A stretch of 64,000 bases of DNA from Candidatus Borrarchaeum weybense (GTDB lineage Archaea > Asgardarchaeota > Sifarchaeia > Borrarchaeales > Borrarchaeaceae). The stretch covers positions 224,001 through 288,000 of the forward strand of contig JAHQJS010000007.1 of assembly GCA_019057385.1 (NCBI GenBank), in the 5' to 3' direction. Under the pieces are notes generated by a model that did no database searches, was not told the DNA's origin, and saw only the letters and a program-made list of their open reading frames with translations. Shown here piece by piece: positions 21,221 through 31,377 of the stretch. A program made the translations under genes and the position numbers. Within the stretch, counting starts at the first letter, position 1. Every line of letters begins with the position of its first letter.

Positions 21221-21763
21221 ATGAAAACTGAAAAAGCAAACAATTCAAAATTAACAAGACTTTTGCTCATCCGTCATGGAAAAACAGAGGAAAACTGGCA
21301 AGGAGAGTATCGCTTACCACCTGGTCCTCCTCTCTCGCTTGAAGGACGAACACAAATAATCGCTCTCAAAAACAAACTAATGAAGTTTCCGGCTGATAAA
21401 ATATATGTTTCTCCGTACAAGAGGACAGAAGAAACTGCGGAATTACTAACAAATAAATTCAGTAAAATAATCGTAGATGAACGATTAGATGAAAAAACAT
21501 ATGATAAGAGTTTTGAGAAAGTAAAAAAAAGAGTTTCTAAATGGCTTAAAGAACATATAAAATACGATAGAAGCACAATTTGGGCAGTATCACACGGTTT
21601 CCCGATTAATGCGATAATTCTGTTGGTTTCCCCGAGTGATTTCGAAGGAAAGAGCACAGAAGATGAACATTCACATGTTCCTAGAGGTGGCGTGTGGATC
21701 ATGGAATGGGAGGACAAGACACTCACCAGAAGCGAGTTGTTAATAGGAAAAGAATACGTCTGA
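21221..21763 (+). CDS. Histidine phosphatase family protein
   Basis: IRHGKT, SPYKRTEETA, VSHG. Confidence 0.88.
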   Translation: MKTEKANNSKLTRLLLIRHGKTEENWQGEYRLPPGPPLSLEGRTQIIALKNKLMKFPADKIYVSPYKRTEETAELLTNKFSKIIVDERLDEKTYDKSFEKVKKRVSKWLKEHIKYDRSTIWAVSHGFPINAIILLVSPSDFEGKSTEDEHSHVPRGGVWIMEWEDKTLTRSELLIGKEYV

Positions 21764-21946
21764 GCTAAAATTGATTCTATTTCTCTTAAAACATCACTGT
21801 TATTATGAGAAATGATGTGTCTAAAGAAAACTTTCTTTCATAGCCAGATAGTGTAGAAAAAAACCGCTACTTCGTCCTGTACATATAGTAATTGTGGATA
21901 TATCTCTTAAGTGAAGCAGAAAGTCCCTTATGTAAAAAAAGCGGAG

Positions 21947-23479
21947 TTATCCAAGAAGATTACTTGCAGCACGTAGAGTAAAGTCTATAAATGGGCCTGG
22001 GTATACTCCCAGAATAACAATAAAGATGGCAAAAAGGACAATAACAAGCTTCATTAGCCCACTATTCTTAAAATTCATATTGTCGAAGCCTTGAACATAT
22101 TTTTCCTCCATAGTTGATTTATCCATGACAATAAATTTAATGATCCATAGGTAACCGGCTGCTGCAAAAAAAGTAAATACTAGCATACTCCAACCAGCAA
22201 TTATGCCGATGGGACTGCCATTTTCGAACAGACCTAGGATAATTTGCAATTCTGACCAGAAACCACCGGTGAAAGGTATCGCAGCTAGTGAAAAAAGACC
22301 AATCACCAAGCATGATCCAATAACTGGGTCTCGTCTTCCAAGTCCTTTGTAGTGATCAAGGGAGTGCGAACCCGTTGAAAAAATGAGATATCCGGCAATC
22401 ATAAACAACAAACTTTTTGCAATAGCATGGTTGAGGGCATGTAATAGGACCCCGCTTAACCCCATAATATTTGCAGCACCAAGGCCTGTGATAAGGTAGC
22501 CCATATGTGTGATCGTGGAAAATGCTAAAATGCGTTTGAAATTTCGTGCGTGTGAATCTGATCTCTTGAATTGGATGAGAACAAAAAGATTTCCTTGTAA
22601 TGAGGTAATAATGCCAACAGACATCAATAGATTGCCCCAGCTACCGCCAATACTGATGTTTAACGGAATGATAAGTAGTGTAAATGTTCTTAATATACCA
22701 TACGTCCCTGCAATGACAACAACTCCTGATAGCATCGCGCTTGCAGGTGCAGGTGCGGCCGGATGAGCATCCGGAAGCCAAGTATTAAGGAAAAACATTG
22801 ACCCAGTGACACCAAATCCTACGATCATCAAAATGAGTGTCACTGAGGTCATAGGATTATTTTGCAGGGTTGCTGTTTCAAAATAAACAAAATCTAGCCT
22901 ACTGGTTGCTCCATACAGTAGAGCTAATCCAAAAAGAATTAACATGTTCCCCGTTGAGCTCATCACTAAGTACTTAAACCCTGCTTCTGACGATTCTTTG
23001 CTACGATAATAACTAACCATACTATAACTACCTAGAACCATTCCTTCATATGCGATAAACAAGGTGAAAAAATCAACTGCCAATACTACCAGATTAAGAC
23101 CGGTTATTACTGCAAACAACAAAGCATAGAAATATGCTAAGTCTTCATAGGCATCCATAAAATTTATGCAATAAATGTTAACCGCAAAATGGATCAATGT
23201 AAAGATTAGTATAAAAAAGAGAGAGGTCATATCTGCCTGTAAGACAAGGAAAGACGTCTCTTTAAAGAATTTTTCTCCTGTTGTTAAAATTGAAGTGCTA
23301 AACAGAATGGCTAATGAAATATTAATTGATGCTCCAATAAACGCAATGGCGTGTACTAACTTTTTTTTCAACCAGGAAGTCTTTAGTAGTCTTTCTATGA
23401 ACATAAGAAGAAAAGAGCTTAGAAGAGGGACAAAAACGAAGGAGAGCAATGATATATTAAACCCTATAATTTCAATCAT
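21947..23479 (-). CDS. Antiporter-like subunit NuoM/N / MrpD-type
   Basis: EAGFKY, WLPDAHPAAPAPASAMLSG, KRILAFS. Start placed at ATG 23479. Confidence 0.9.
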   Translation of the reverse strand: MIEIIGFNISLLSFVFVPLLSSFLLMFIERLLKTSWLKKKLVHAIAFIGASINISLAILFSTSILTTGEKFFKETSFLVLQADMTSLFFILIFTLIHFAVNIYCINFMDAYEDLAYFYALLFAVITGLNLVVLAVDFFTLFIAYEGMVLGSYSMVSYYRSKESSEAGFKYLVMSSTGNMLILFGLALLYGATSRLDFVYFETATLQNNPMTSVTLILMIVGFGVTGSMFFLNTWLPDAHPAAPAPASAMLSGVVVIAGTYGILRTFTLLIIPLNISIGGSWGNLLMSVGIITSLQGNLFVLIQFKRSDSHARNFKRILAFSTITHMGYLITGLGAANIMGLSGVLLHALNHAIAKSLLFMIAGYLIFSTGSHSLDHYKGLGRRDPVIGSCLVIGLFSLAAIPFTGGFWSELQIILGLFENGSPIGIIAGWSMLVFTFFAAAGYLWIIKFIVMDKSTMEEKYVQGFDNMNFKNSGLMKLVIVLFAIFIVILGVYPGPFIDFTLRAASNLLG

Positions 23480-23490
23480 AATATTATCAC

Positions 23491-25449
23491 CTAAAAGAGT
23501 AGAAGAACAATAAGAATTGCAAGAAGAACCACAACTATTCCCACTGTATTGTAGTTGAGATCGCCAGATTGTAATTTGCGTAATTTCCAATTGAATCTCA
23601 TGAATAAGTCCAGTAACTCGTTGTAAAGCACATCTAAGTAAAATCCTTCTTCAGCGATATTATAAAAAGCGCTAAGAACCCAATATTTCCGTACTGTTGG
23701 CATGATGGTTCTAGGGCCTTTATAGTAGATGAGATAACTAATGGTAAATCCAACAGCTACTAGCGAGATTGCCAGAATCATGTTGAAAAATGCCATTGGC
23801 TGGTGTACGAGATCGGGTATATATCTCAGTGGGTTATGATATGCCACATGCTCGAACATAGGTTCGAAATAGTTATTTAGGAGAATTGGTCCAAGAAACC
23901 CAGTTGCTATGACAAGGATTGCTAAAGAACTTGTAACTCCTCGCATTATTGGCCCTGGCTTGTAGATTTTCAATTTTTCTGGCTTTTCGCCATAAAAAAT
24001 CAAGAAAAAAAACCTAAACGCGTATATAGCTGTTAAAGGCGCGGTTATTATACCAGCGCCATAGACTATCCAACCAAGGGAAGCTAGTCTCGCACCACTA
24101 GAAGCGTAATTAATTGCGCTACCTAATATTGCCTCTTTGCTATATCCACCGTTAAAGAGGAAAGGAACACCCGCTAAGGCACATACTCCTATTAATGTTG
24201 ACCAGTGAAGAACTGGCAAGTCATTTTTTAATCCACCCATATGTTTGATGTTCCGTTCATCGTGCAGAGAATGAATGATTGCTCCAGCCGATAGAAAGAG
24301 GAGTGCTTTGAAGAGACCATGAGACAATAAATGAAACTGAGTGGCCATAAAACCTTCAATACTAATGGCTTGGTTCTCATAATACGCTAAATAACCAACT
24401 GCAAGTCCCATGAACATATAAGCAATTTGACTAACTGTTGAATATGCCAATACTCGTTTGATATCAATAGAGACCAAGGCGGAGGCGGCACTAATGATAG
24501 CGGTAATAGCGGCTATGAAGGCAATGGTAATGAAAAAAGGTTCCACCTCAGTTGGACCAAAGACGTTGTAAAATCGTGATAGGAGATATACTCCAGCTTT
24601 TACCATCGTAGCTGCATGTATAAGTGCACTAACCGTTGTAGGCCCCTGCATTGCATCAATATTAATTCGACGAGGGCTACTTAACCAAGTAATGAGAGGA
24701 AATTGAGCAGATTTACTAATAGCGCCGAGCAAAATGAATAGCGCAACAAGTGTTTGAAGATCTGGTGATACGTTGGTAGCAAATTCTACCGTAATTATTT
24801 TTATATTTATCGTGTTTAATTCTAGCCAGAGGATTCCAAGCGCAATTAGAAGAGCGATATCGCCAACAAATGTCATGAGAAATGCTTTTATTCCAGATTT
24901 GGCGCATAGTGTACCTTGTGGGTCAGGTTTATGGAACCAATGTGCAATCAGGAAATAAGAACAAACTCCCATTATTTTCCAGCCGAAAAAGAGGATTACA
25001 AGATCTCCTGCAAGAACAAAAAGAACCATTCCGCCTACGAAAAGTTGTAGGAAGAAATAATATCGACCTTGTGCATCATCATCCTTCATGTATTCTAAGG
25101 AAAATAGGGCAATTAAAAAACCCAAACCAGCTGCAATGAGTGCGACAAAGGCCCCCAAAGGATCGACCATGATGGAATTGTTGAAGAACCCATGGATGTT
25201 ATAATTAAATACCGTAGGGTTTAATAGAATTACCTGTTCTTCCCAATTCCCCGCAAAAACAAGGTAACTTGCAAGAAGTGCTGAAATACCAATCGTAGCA
25301 ACCGAAAAATAGTTTCTTATCTCTGTACTAAATTTTCCAATAATTGCAGAAATGACCGCTCCGAGAATGGGAATAGCAAATATTGAAAACCAAGGCTGAA
25401 GAAACAGAAGAAAGACGCTTTGCAATGTGTTTATATGCCAACTTGCCAT
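23491..25449 (-). CDS. Antiporter-like subunit NuoL / MrpA-type
   Basis: KSAQFPL, AMQGPTTVSALIHAATMVKAG, KRVLAYST, HGLFKALLF; long C-terminal tail. Confidence 0.92.
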   Translation of the reverse strand: MASWHINTLQSVFLLFLQPWFSIFAIPILGAVISAIIGKFSTEIRNYFSVATIGISALLASYLVFAGNWEEQVILLNPTVFNYNIHGFFNNSIMVDPLGAFVALIAAGLGFLIALFSLEYMKDDDAQGRYYFFLQLFVGGMVLFVLAGDLVILFFGWKIMGVCSYFLIAHWFHKPDPQGTLCAKSGIKAFLMTFVGDIALLIALGILWLELNTINIKIITVEFATNVSPDLQTLVALFILLGAISKSAQFPLITWLSSPRRINIDAMQGPTTVSALIHAATMVKAGVYLLSRFYNVFGPTEVEPFFITIAFIAAITAIISAASALVSIDIKRVLAYSTVSQIAYMFMGLAVGYLAYYENQAISIEGFMATQFHLLSHGLFKALLFLSAGAIIHSLHDERNIKHMGGLKNDLPVLHWSTLIGVCALAGVPFLFNGGYSKEAILGSAINYASSGARLASLGWIVYGAGIITAPLTAIYAFRFFFLIFYGEKPEKLKIYKPGPIMRGVTSSLAILVIATGFLGPILLNNYFEPMFEHVAYHNPLRYIPDLVHQPMAFFNMILAISLVAVGFTISYLIYYKGPRTIMPTVRKYWVLSAFYNIAEEGFYLDVLYNELLDLFMRFNWKLRKLQSGDLNYNTVGIVVVLLAILIVLLLF

Positions 25450-25460
25450 TTTTAGACACC

Positions 25461-25793
25461 TCAGCCTTTGAGTGTTGTAAGATCGTCAATTTCAGTGGTC
25501 TGAAAATGTTCGTACACTTTTCGTATAAAGGCTAATGCAAGTCCCACGACTGCAGCACCGACTGATAGTGTAATCAGGACAAATGTCTGTGTTTGTGGAT
25601 CCACATTTACACCTTGAGTGAATCCAAATGCAATGAACACAATATTGGGTGCACTGACGAGCATTTCTAATGCCATGATTACTCTGATCGTTGATCGTTT
25701 AGTAGTTAGGCCATAAAACCCCATTAATAGCATAATAAAAGATAATGCAAGTAAAACTTCAAAATCCGTGAAAGAATCGAAAGTAATGCTCAT
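25461..25793 (-). CDS. NuoK / MrpC-like subunit
   Basis: 110 aa, 3 TM, MALEML, AAVVGLAL. Confidence 0.85.
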   Translation of the reverse strand: MSITFDSFTDFEVLLALSFIMLLMGFYGLTTKRSTIRVIMALEMLVSAPNIVFIAFGFTQGVNVDPQTQTFVLITLSVGAAVVGLALAFIRKVYEHFQTTEIDDLTTLKG

Positions 25794-26068
25794 TATTGCT
25801 CATCTTCCTGCTGGTTCTTTTTTATTAGAGGGTTAAACACCATATTCATTCCTAAAAGTGCTACATAGAATACAAACGCCTGAATTATAGTCGCAGTTAC
25901 AACGGTTGTCCACAATAAACGTAAACTCACTTCATTAGCAGTTCCACGATTGACAGTTGATAGCGTCTCAGCCCACATTCCTGATCCTAGTGAGTTTAGG
26001 AGGAATAATATGAGGAAAAAAGAAACTAGGGTTATTCCAATTTTTCCGAACATTTTTTTGTAACTCAT
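25793..26068 (-). CDS. Small membrane subunit (NuoJ C-terminal-half-like)
   Basis: Two TM helices; sits between NuoJ-N and NuoK with translational coupling. Confidence 0.55.
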   Translation of the reverse strand: MSYKKMFGKIGITLVSFFLILFLLNSLGSGMWAETLSTVNRGTANEVSLRLLWTTVVTATIIQAFVFYVALLGMNMVFNPLIKKNQQEDEQ

Positions 26069-26352
26069 TACTTCACCTCTCCGATGACTTGATCTTTCTC
26101 AGCGGTCTTTCCAGTAGATTGTTCGGGTAAAGTTGAAGCGACAACCATGATCAAGACTGTTAAGACTCCAGCGTAAAGTAAGAGTTGAAAAAGAGCAGCG
26201 TAAAACGCGTCAACTAAATAGTAAATGGCCCCGATCCCGAAGGCTGATAGCGCTAGGGCTACAATTCCACGTGATATTTTTTCTGATTCAAGCGCTATAA
26301 TCGCCATAACCAAGGTAAATAAAGCCAGAAAAATGATTTCAGGTGTTGCCAT
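26068..26352 (-). CDS. NuoJ N-terminal-like subunit
   Basis: AFYAALFQLLLYAGVLTVL matches the NuoJ Q-x3-YAG motif. Confidence 0.8.
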   Translation of the reverse strand: MATPEIIFLALFTLVMAIIALESEKISRGIVALALSAFGIGAIYYLVDAFYAALFQLLLYAGVLTVLIMVVASTLPEQSTGKTAEKDQVIGEVK

Positions 26353-26373
26353 ACAATCATCTCCTTTGCGGGT

Positions 26374-26808
26374 TCATTTTTCTTTTCTGCCTCTATAAAC
26401 AATTTTAGTTTCTATGGCATCTTTAGGATTAAAATACGTCTGTCTCCATCGATCAGGATTTAAGAAGATGGCAGGTTGACCCTTAAGACCTACTGGACAA
26501 GATTCTTGGCATTGGGAGCAACGTAAACACTGTCCGAGATTAATTGAAAAACGAAAAGGCTTTCCTTTTTCCGGAGAGATGCCAAGATCAGATAATTCAT
26601 CAGGCTCAATTTGTACTATACTAATACAATGTGAAGGGCAGACTTTCTCGCAAGTTAAACAAACAGTACATAAGGCGGGGTTAACTTCTGGCGCACCCCT
26701 GAATCCCTTAGGGATCTCTATACGTTCACTCGGATATAGAACAGTGAGGGGTTTCTTAAATAAATCTTCGACTGTTTCAATTAATACGCGGTTATTTATT
26801 TGCGCCAT
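26374..26808 (-). CDS. NuoI-like 2[4Fe-4S] subunit
   Basis: FRGAP, CTVCLTCEKVCP, CLRCSQCQESCP. Start placed at ATG 26808. Confidence 0.9.
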   Translation of the reverse strand: MAQINNRVLIETVEDLFKKPLTVLYPSERIEIPKGFRGAPEVNPALCTVCLTCEKVCPSHCISIVQIEPDELSDLGISPEKGKPFRFSINLGQCLRCSQCQESCPVGLKGQPAIFLNPDRWRQTYFNPKDAIETKIVYRGRKEK

Positions 26809-26810
26809 AT

Positions 26811-27959
26811 TCAAATCACTCCTACTAGAAAAACTATCATAAAGAGTGCAAGTAGTGCGACAGGCAAATAATATCGCCAAAAGTAGCGAATTAGTTGGTC
26901 GATACGAAAACGGGCATGGATCGCACGAACCAATGTAATAAGAAACACGATCACTGTAGTCTTAATAAAAAAGGTTACTATATTAATTAGATATTGAAAA
27001 ATGTCCCATGAGCCAATAAATAGTATGCCATTAACCCATGTGTTTAAGGGGCTAAAGCCTGGTCCGCCAAAAAATACTGCTGCAATAATTCCTGCCAATG
27101 CAAACTCAGTCACGCGATTTGCTAGAAGACAGAATAGAAATTTTTTTCCGCTAAGTTCTACCATCCAACCACCAACAATCTCTACTTCAGCATGCTCAGG
27201 ATCGAATGGAACTTTTTCTAGGACAGCATTAGCGGCTAAAATGGCGATTGCAAAGAGGATCAAAAGAGGAATGAGATACAATAAATGCATCATAGTAAAT
27301 CCATTTCTTTGAGAGATTACATTTAGAGGAAGATCGATTAAATTGAACTTGCTTCTAACGATATCTGATATGCGAAGTGATCCTGCTAAAATAGCTGGCC
27401 CAATAAATGCGATTGTTAATGGAATTTCAAACGAAAATTGTGCAACCGCTGCTCTTGATCCACCAATTAAACCGTATGGGTTGTTACTCGTCCATCCAAG
27501 TAACAATATTGAACTACCAATTACTGCTAATAAGAATAGAAAGAAAATCAAATCAACTTCAAATGAGATTAATCCTTCTGCAATATACACGGGCATAAGG
27601 AACGCTATTATTAGGGCTATCAATAATTGAAAAGGGGGAATCATACTGAATTCGGGCTTATCTACACCATCGGGAGTAATGTCTTCTTTTGCGAGGAGTT
27701 TGAGAACATCAAAAACTGGTTGAATAAATCGCGGACCAATTCGCGTTTGCATATGCGCATAGACTTTACGCTCATACCAATCGTAAAACAAGGCTCCAGA
27801 GATCAAAAAAAGAATGCCTGGGAATATAAAATACTTCAAAATGATAATTATCACAGGAAATCCTTGAAATAACAAAAACAAGCCTGCTATAACTAGGGCA
27901 TATATTGCTATATAAATTGGATATTTTACTCTTGGGTTGAAAGATGTCATTTTGGTCAA
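26811..27959 (-). CDS. NuoH / HycD-like membrane subunit
   Basis: ERKVYAHMQTRIGP, DVLKLLAKE, PFD..EAEVEI-like, RFRIDQ. Confidence 0.92.
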   Translation of the reverse strand: MTKMTSFNPRVKYPIYIAIYALVIAGLFLLFQGFPVIIIILKYFIFPGILFLISGALFYDWYERKVYAHMQTRIGPRFIQPVFDVLKLLAKEDITPDGVDKPEFSMIPPFQLLIALIIAFLMPVYIAEGLISFEVDLIFFLFLLAVIGSSILLLGWTSNNPYGLIGGSRAAVAQFSFEIPLTIAFIGPAILAGSLRISDIVRSKFNLIDLPLNVISQRNGFTMMHLLYLIPLLILFAIAILAANAVLEKVPFDPEHAEVEIVGGWMVELSGKKFLFCLLANRVTEFALAGIIAAVFFGGPGFSPLNTWVNGILFIGSWDIFQYLINIVTFFIKTTVIVFLITLVRAIHARFRIDQLIRYFWRYYLPVALLALFMIVFLVGVI

Positions 27960-27966
27960 TCTCAGT

Positions 27967-29772
27967 CTAAAAATTTAGAACTTTAATACCCGAACGATAT
28001 GCACGGTTTGCTCGACTTATTAGTTGTTCGCCTAACAACTCAACTTTTTTTCCTTTCTTTAAATCTACAAACGTTACTCTATCCATGCAGCCTACGCAAG
28101 GATCGATTACTCGTATGACGGGAGGGAGATCTGCCACATTCACACCAGTTAATCGATGAACTAAACTCGGAATGTTGGCAAGTGTTGGAGTACGGACTTT
28201 ATGACGCTCAGGTTTATCGGTTCCAATGGATCGGACGTAATGCATGTTTTCTCCACGTGGACCCTCTACTCGACTAATTCCTTGATCTTCTGGAATTTTC
28301 CGTGGAAATCGAATTTGTAGTTCACCTTGCGGCAAAGTTTCAAGCGCTTCAATAATCAGATCTATAGAGATGGAGACTTCGTCTAACCGTACTTCCAAAC
28401 CACTGAAAACATCACCTTCAGTTAAGACAGGTACATCAAAAGAAAACTGATCATAGGCGGCATAAGGATCCGCTTTTCGAATATCTCTTTTGATACCACT
28501 CGCCCGTGCGGTAGGTCCAACTGTACAATAGCGTAAAGCATCTTCCTTTGACAATATTGCAATGCCTTTTTGACGTGCAAGAAAGCTTCGTTCATGCAGT
28601 AATTCCTCTCGATGATGCTTGCCCCTTTTACGGAGTTCCTTTAGCTTTGGGATAATTTTAACTATCTGCTCTGGAGTAATATCCCGTCGAACACCTCCAA
28701 GAGTATCCATACTATAATTGACTCGATTTCCAGAGATAAGTTCAAGAATATCCATAACAAGTTCTCTATCCTGCCACGTAAAATGAAACAATGTATCAAA
28801 GCCTGCTTCGTGGGCTAGGAGACCAATCCATAATAGATGCGAATGAATACGTTCAAGTTCAGCGATAATCACGCGAATATATTTTGCTCGATCTGGTACT
28901 TTATCAGACAGGTTGGCACATTTTTCTGCAGCTTGACAGTAGCAGAGTTGGTGACAATTACTGCATATACCACATATTCTTTCTGCCAGATAGAGATTTT
29001 GAAGCCACGTGCGACTTTCAAACGCTTTTTCAATTCCTCTATGGTTGAATCCTAAACGGACATCTACTTTTTTTACCGTTTCTCCCGTAACATGGAAAAT
29101 AAAACGAACTGGCTCTTCAAGCGCCGGATGTTGAGGACCGATGGCAATAGCAAAATCTGACCTTTCAGGAACATAATCGATATATGCACCCATTGGTCCT
29201 CTCCTCCTTGCACTAGCGTAATCAATATGGCGCCCCGCGGCTTCTGTTTCTCCTAAACTAGCAACTCCTCCAACTTCCTTCTTCTTCAATGATTCTGCTA
29301 GTCTCTCAAATATTTCTTCATAACTAATGTCTTTTCTGAGAGGAAATATATCCTCTGGCATGAAATCCGCTGTTAGTAAGCGCCGAAGGTTAGGATGGTT
29401 TGTAAATTGAATTCCTAGCATATCATAGACCTCTCTTTCATACAGAATAGCACCAGGAATTTCTGGAACGAGTGAGTCTATTCTTGGATCCTTCTTATCA
29501 ACTGTGACGTCAAGAATCAATTTCCCCCATTTGTTATTAGACAAGGTTATCGAAAATGGATAAAGTAGGTGATATCCATCATCTTGATCTTGTCCGATAA
29601 TAGTTGACAGATGAGTCACGTTGTATTTTTCCTTTAGTTGCGTGATGACCTCAAGCAACTTTTCTGCTTTTACTTCAGCATACAGATCTAATGGAAAATC
29701 AGGTTGTGCACGAACTAGAATGTTTAATGAAATTGCAATTTCCTTTAATGTTTGAGGTACGGTTCCTATCAT
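27967..29772 (-). CDS. Group 4 [NiFe]-hydrogenase large subunit, NuoC+NuoD fusion
   Basis: NuoC part (EREVYDMLGIQF..HP), GPQHP, L1 RICGIC, L2 DPCVGCMDR with a C-terminal extension. Confidence 0.92.
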   Translation of the reverse strand: MIGTVPQTLKEIAISLNILVRAQPDFPLDLYAEVKAEKLLEVITQLKEKYNVTHLSTIIGQDQDDGYHLLYPFSITLSNNKWGKLILDVTVDKKDPRIDSLVPEIPGAILYEREVYDMLGIQFTNHPNLRRLLTADFMPEDIFPLRKDISYEEIFERLAESLKKKEVGGVASLGETEAAGRHIDYASARRRGPMGAYIDYVPERSDFAIAIGPQHPALEEPVRFIFHVTGETVKKVDVRLGFNHRGIEKAFESRTWLQNLYLAERICGICSNCHQLCYCQAAEKCANLSDKVPDRAKYIRVIIAELERIHSHLLWIGLLAHEAGFDTLFHFTWQDRELVMDILELISGNRVNYSMDTLGGVRRDITPEQIVKIIPKLKELRKRGKHHREELLHERSFLARQKGIAILSKEDALRYCTVGPTARASGIKRDIRKADPYAAYDQFSFDVPVLTEGDVFSGLEVRLDEVSISIDLIIEALETLPQGELQIRFPRKIPEDQGISRVEGPRGENMHYVRSIGTDKPERHKVRTPTLANIPSLVHRLTGVNVADLPPVIRVIDPCVGCMDRVTFVDLKKGKKVELLGEQLISRANRAYRSGIKVLNF

Positions 29773-30242
29773 TTTTGATCCACCTCTTCAGTCGCTTTAT
29801 CAGAAGTTTCGATATCTAAGCGAGTTCTTTGAATTAATTTGATAATTCCATCAACAATTGCTTCAGGGCGAGGTGGGCAACCGGTAATATACGCAGAAAC
29901 AGGAATAACCTTGTCTACTCCGCCTAGTGTATTATAACTTTCTTGAAAGACGCCTCCAGTGGTTGCACATGTTCCCACTGCTACCACATACTTGGGCTCT
30001 GGCATTTGCTCATAAAGCCGTTTGAGTCGTGACACAGTTTGAAAAGTTGCTGTACCAGTAGCCACCAAAACATCACAGTGGCGGGGCGATCCTTGAAGTA
30101 TGATACCGAATCGCTCAACATCATAACGAGGTATAAAAGTCGCAAGAACTTCGATGTCACATCCGTTACAAGATCCAGAATTGACGTGCATCACCCATGG
30201 ACTGTTTGTTAATGCTTTTACGACCAATTTTTTCTTAAGCAT
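29769..30242 (-). CDS. Hydrogenase small subunit / NuoB-like
   Basis: SCNGCDIE, SPRHCD, GTCATTGG, GCPPRP. Confidence 0.93.
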   Translation of the reverse strand: MLKKKLVVKALTNSPWVMHVNSGSCNGCDIEVLATFIPRYDVERFGIILQGSPRHCDVLVATGTATFQTVSRLKRLYEQMPEPKYVVAVGTCATTGGVFQESYNTLGGVDKVIPVSAYITGCPPRPEAIVDGIIKLIQRTRLDIETSDKATEEVDQK

Positions 30243-30267
30243 TTTTTAACACCTCTTATTGATCAAA

Positions 30268-30597
30268 TTAAGTTCGTGCTGGCCTTTTCGCAAATATAAA
30301 AATCGCATATATAGTGATGGCAAAATATACTAGTGGGTATACCAAATCGATTTTTGAAACTAAAGTAAGAATCAATAACGTAGATAGCATAAGCGCTATC
30401 GCATGAACAGCCATAAAATAAGGCATCTCAAGTAACGTTAGTTCAAAGTAACGCCGTTTCCGAGGGCGCACAGTCTCCCCACTTTGATATAACTGCTGTT
30501 TTAATCTCGTTTTGGGGTAATCAGTTATTTGTAGCCAACGTGATAAAAGGTATAGAACAATAACCGCAATAAAAGCGGTTAATCCTCCTATCAACAT
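30268..30597 (-). CDS. NuoA-like membrane subunit
   Basis: TM helix, KQQLYQSGE loop (NuoA K..YECG-like), two further TMs; first intact gene of the operon. Start placed at ATG 30597. Confidence 0.65.
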   Translation of the reverse strand: MLIGGLTAFIAVIVLYLLSRWLQITDYPKTRLKQQLYQSGETVRPRKRRYFELTLLEMPYFMAVHAIALMLSTLLILTLVSKIDLVYPLVYFAITIYAIFIFAKRPART

Positions 30598-30619
30598 TTC
30601 GATTAGAACGTCCAAAGTT

Positions 30620-30810
30620 GCTACACCAAAACTGGCTTTACACAAATTGAATGAAAGACTTACACAAACGTGCAGTACTCGGTATACTCATCAATATTAG
30701 TTGGAACTGGGTTTTCATTTACTAATTCATAAGCACCAACGGGACAGTTTTGGAAACAATATGAGCGGCGGTGCATTTGTTGTATCAATTGTAATGGTAC
30801 GCCCAAGCTT
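30620..30810 (-). pseudogene. Frameshifted ferredoxin remnant
   Basis: Segments TITIDTT / KCTAAHI / CFQNCPVGAYELVNENPVPTNIDEYTEYCT lie in different frames; some Cys appear replaced by Tyr. Confidence 0.55.
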
Positions 30811-30901
30811 TCACATTTCCATTTAGGAAGGTTACCAACTATTATAATAAACTTCTAGTTTTTTAGTTAGTAAAGATAAAGGATGCTTATTCTTGAATAT
30901 A

Positions 30902-30925
30902 TGTGTGTGTTATATAACAGTCACA
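30902..30925 (-). promoter_or_regulatory. Palindromic operator copy 3 (minus: TGTGACTG TTATATAA CACACACA)
   Basis: Upstream of the ferredoxin/hydrogenase operon; followed on the minus strand by TATATT. Confidence 0.75.
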
Positions 30926-30956
30926 AAGTGAAAAGAATAAATCTACTCTTCATTAA

Positions 30957-31265
30957 TTAGATTAAATGCGTTTCTTTTACACCAAAATTATTCTTATGTG
31001 CCCACAATCTAACCCACTCTAAAGCAAACCACACGTCCTCAATCGACTTCTTGTGTTCTAATGTTCGGTGTTCTTCTTCAATGAACTCTAATTTTTCAAC
31101 ATCTTTAAGGGACTCGAATTTCAAATGTTTATCATATTTTGGTGAAAACATATCGTATAATATCTCTTGCACTGTCACATCGACAATAAATTTGACTATA
31201 ATAAAACCATCTGAGGTTTCAAGCCAAAATTCTGTATCACTCGTTTTTTCACCTTTCATCGCCAT
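30957..31265 (-). CDS. Hypothetical protein
   Basis: 102-aa ORF with AGGA upstream; no family recognised. Confidence 0.6.
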   Translation of the reverse strand: MAMKGEKTSDTEFWLETSDGFIIVKFIVDVTVQEILYDMFSPKYDKHLKFESLKDVEKLEFIEEEHRTLEHKKSIEDVWFALEWVRLWAHKNNFGVKETHLI

Positions 31266-31377
31266 GCCTTTTTCCTTTAAGAAAGTTAATAAAACTGAAG
31301 CAGGAATAGCAATCTTCTCCTATCAAGTAGATCATTCAATGATCCAAGTAAATATAAGGAACCCATTCTCTTAGCAG

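Noticed and set aside
21274-21726. Antisense ORFs in the track (e.g. 21274..21726, 59020..59454, 54416..54829, 52927..53280)
   Set aside because: Shadow frames opposite well-supported genes.
27967-29772. [NiFeSe] hydrogenase or Mbx-type enzyme
   Set aside because: All four ligands are Cys codons and there is no in-frame TGA.
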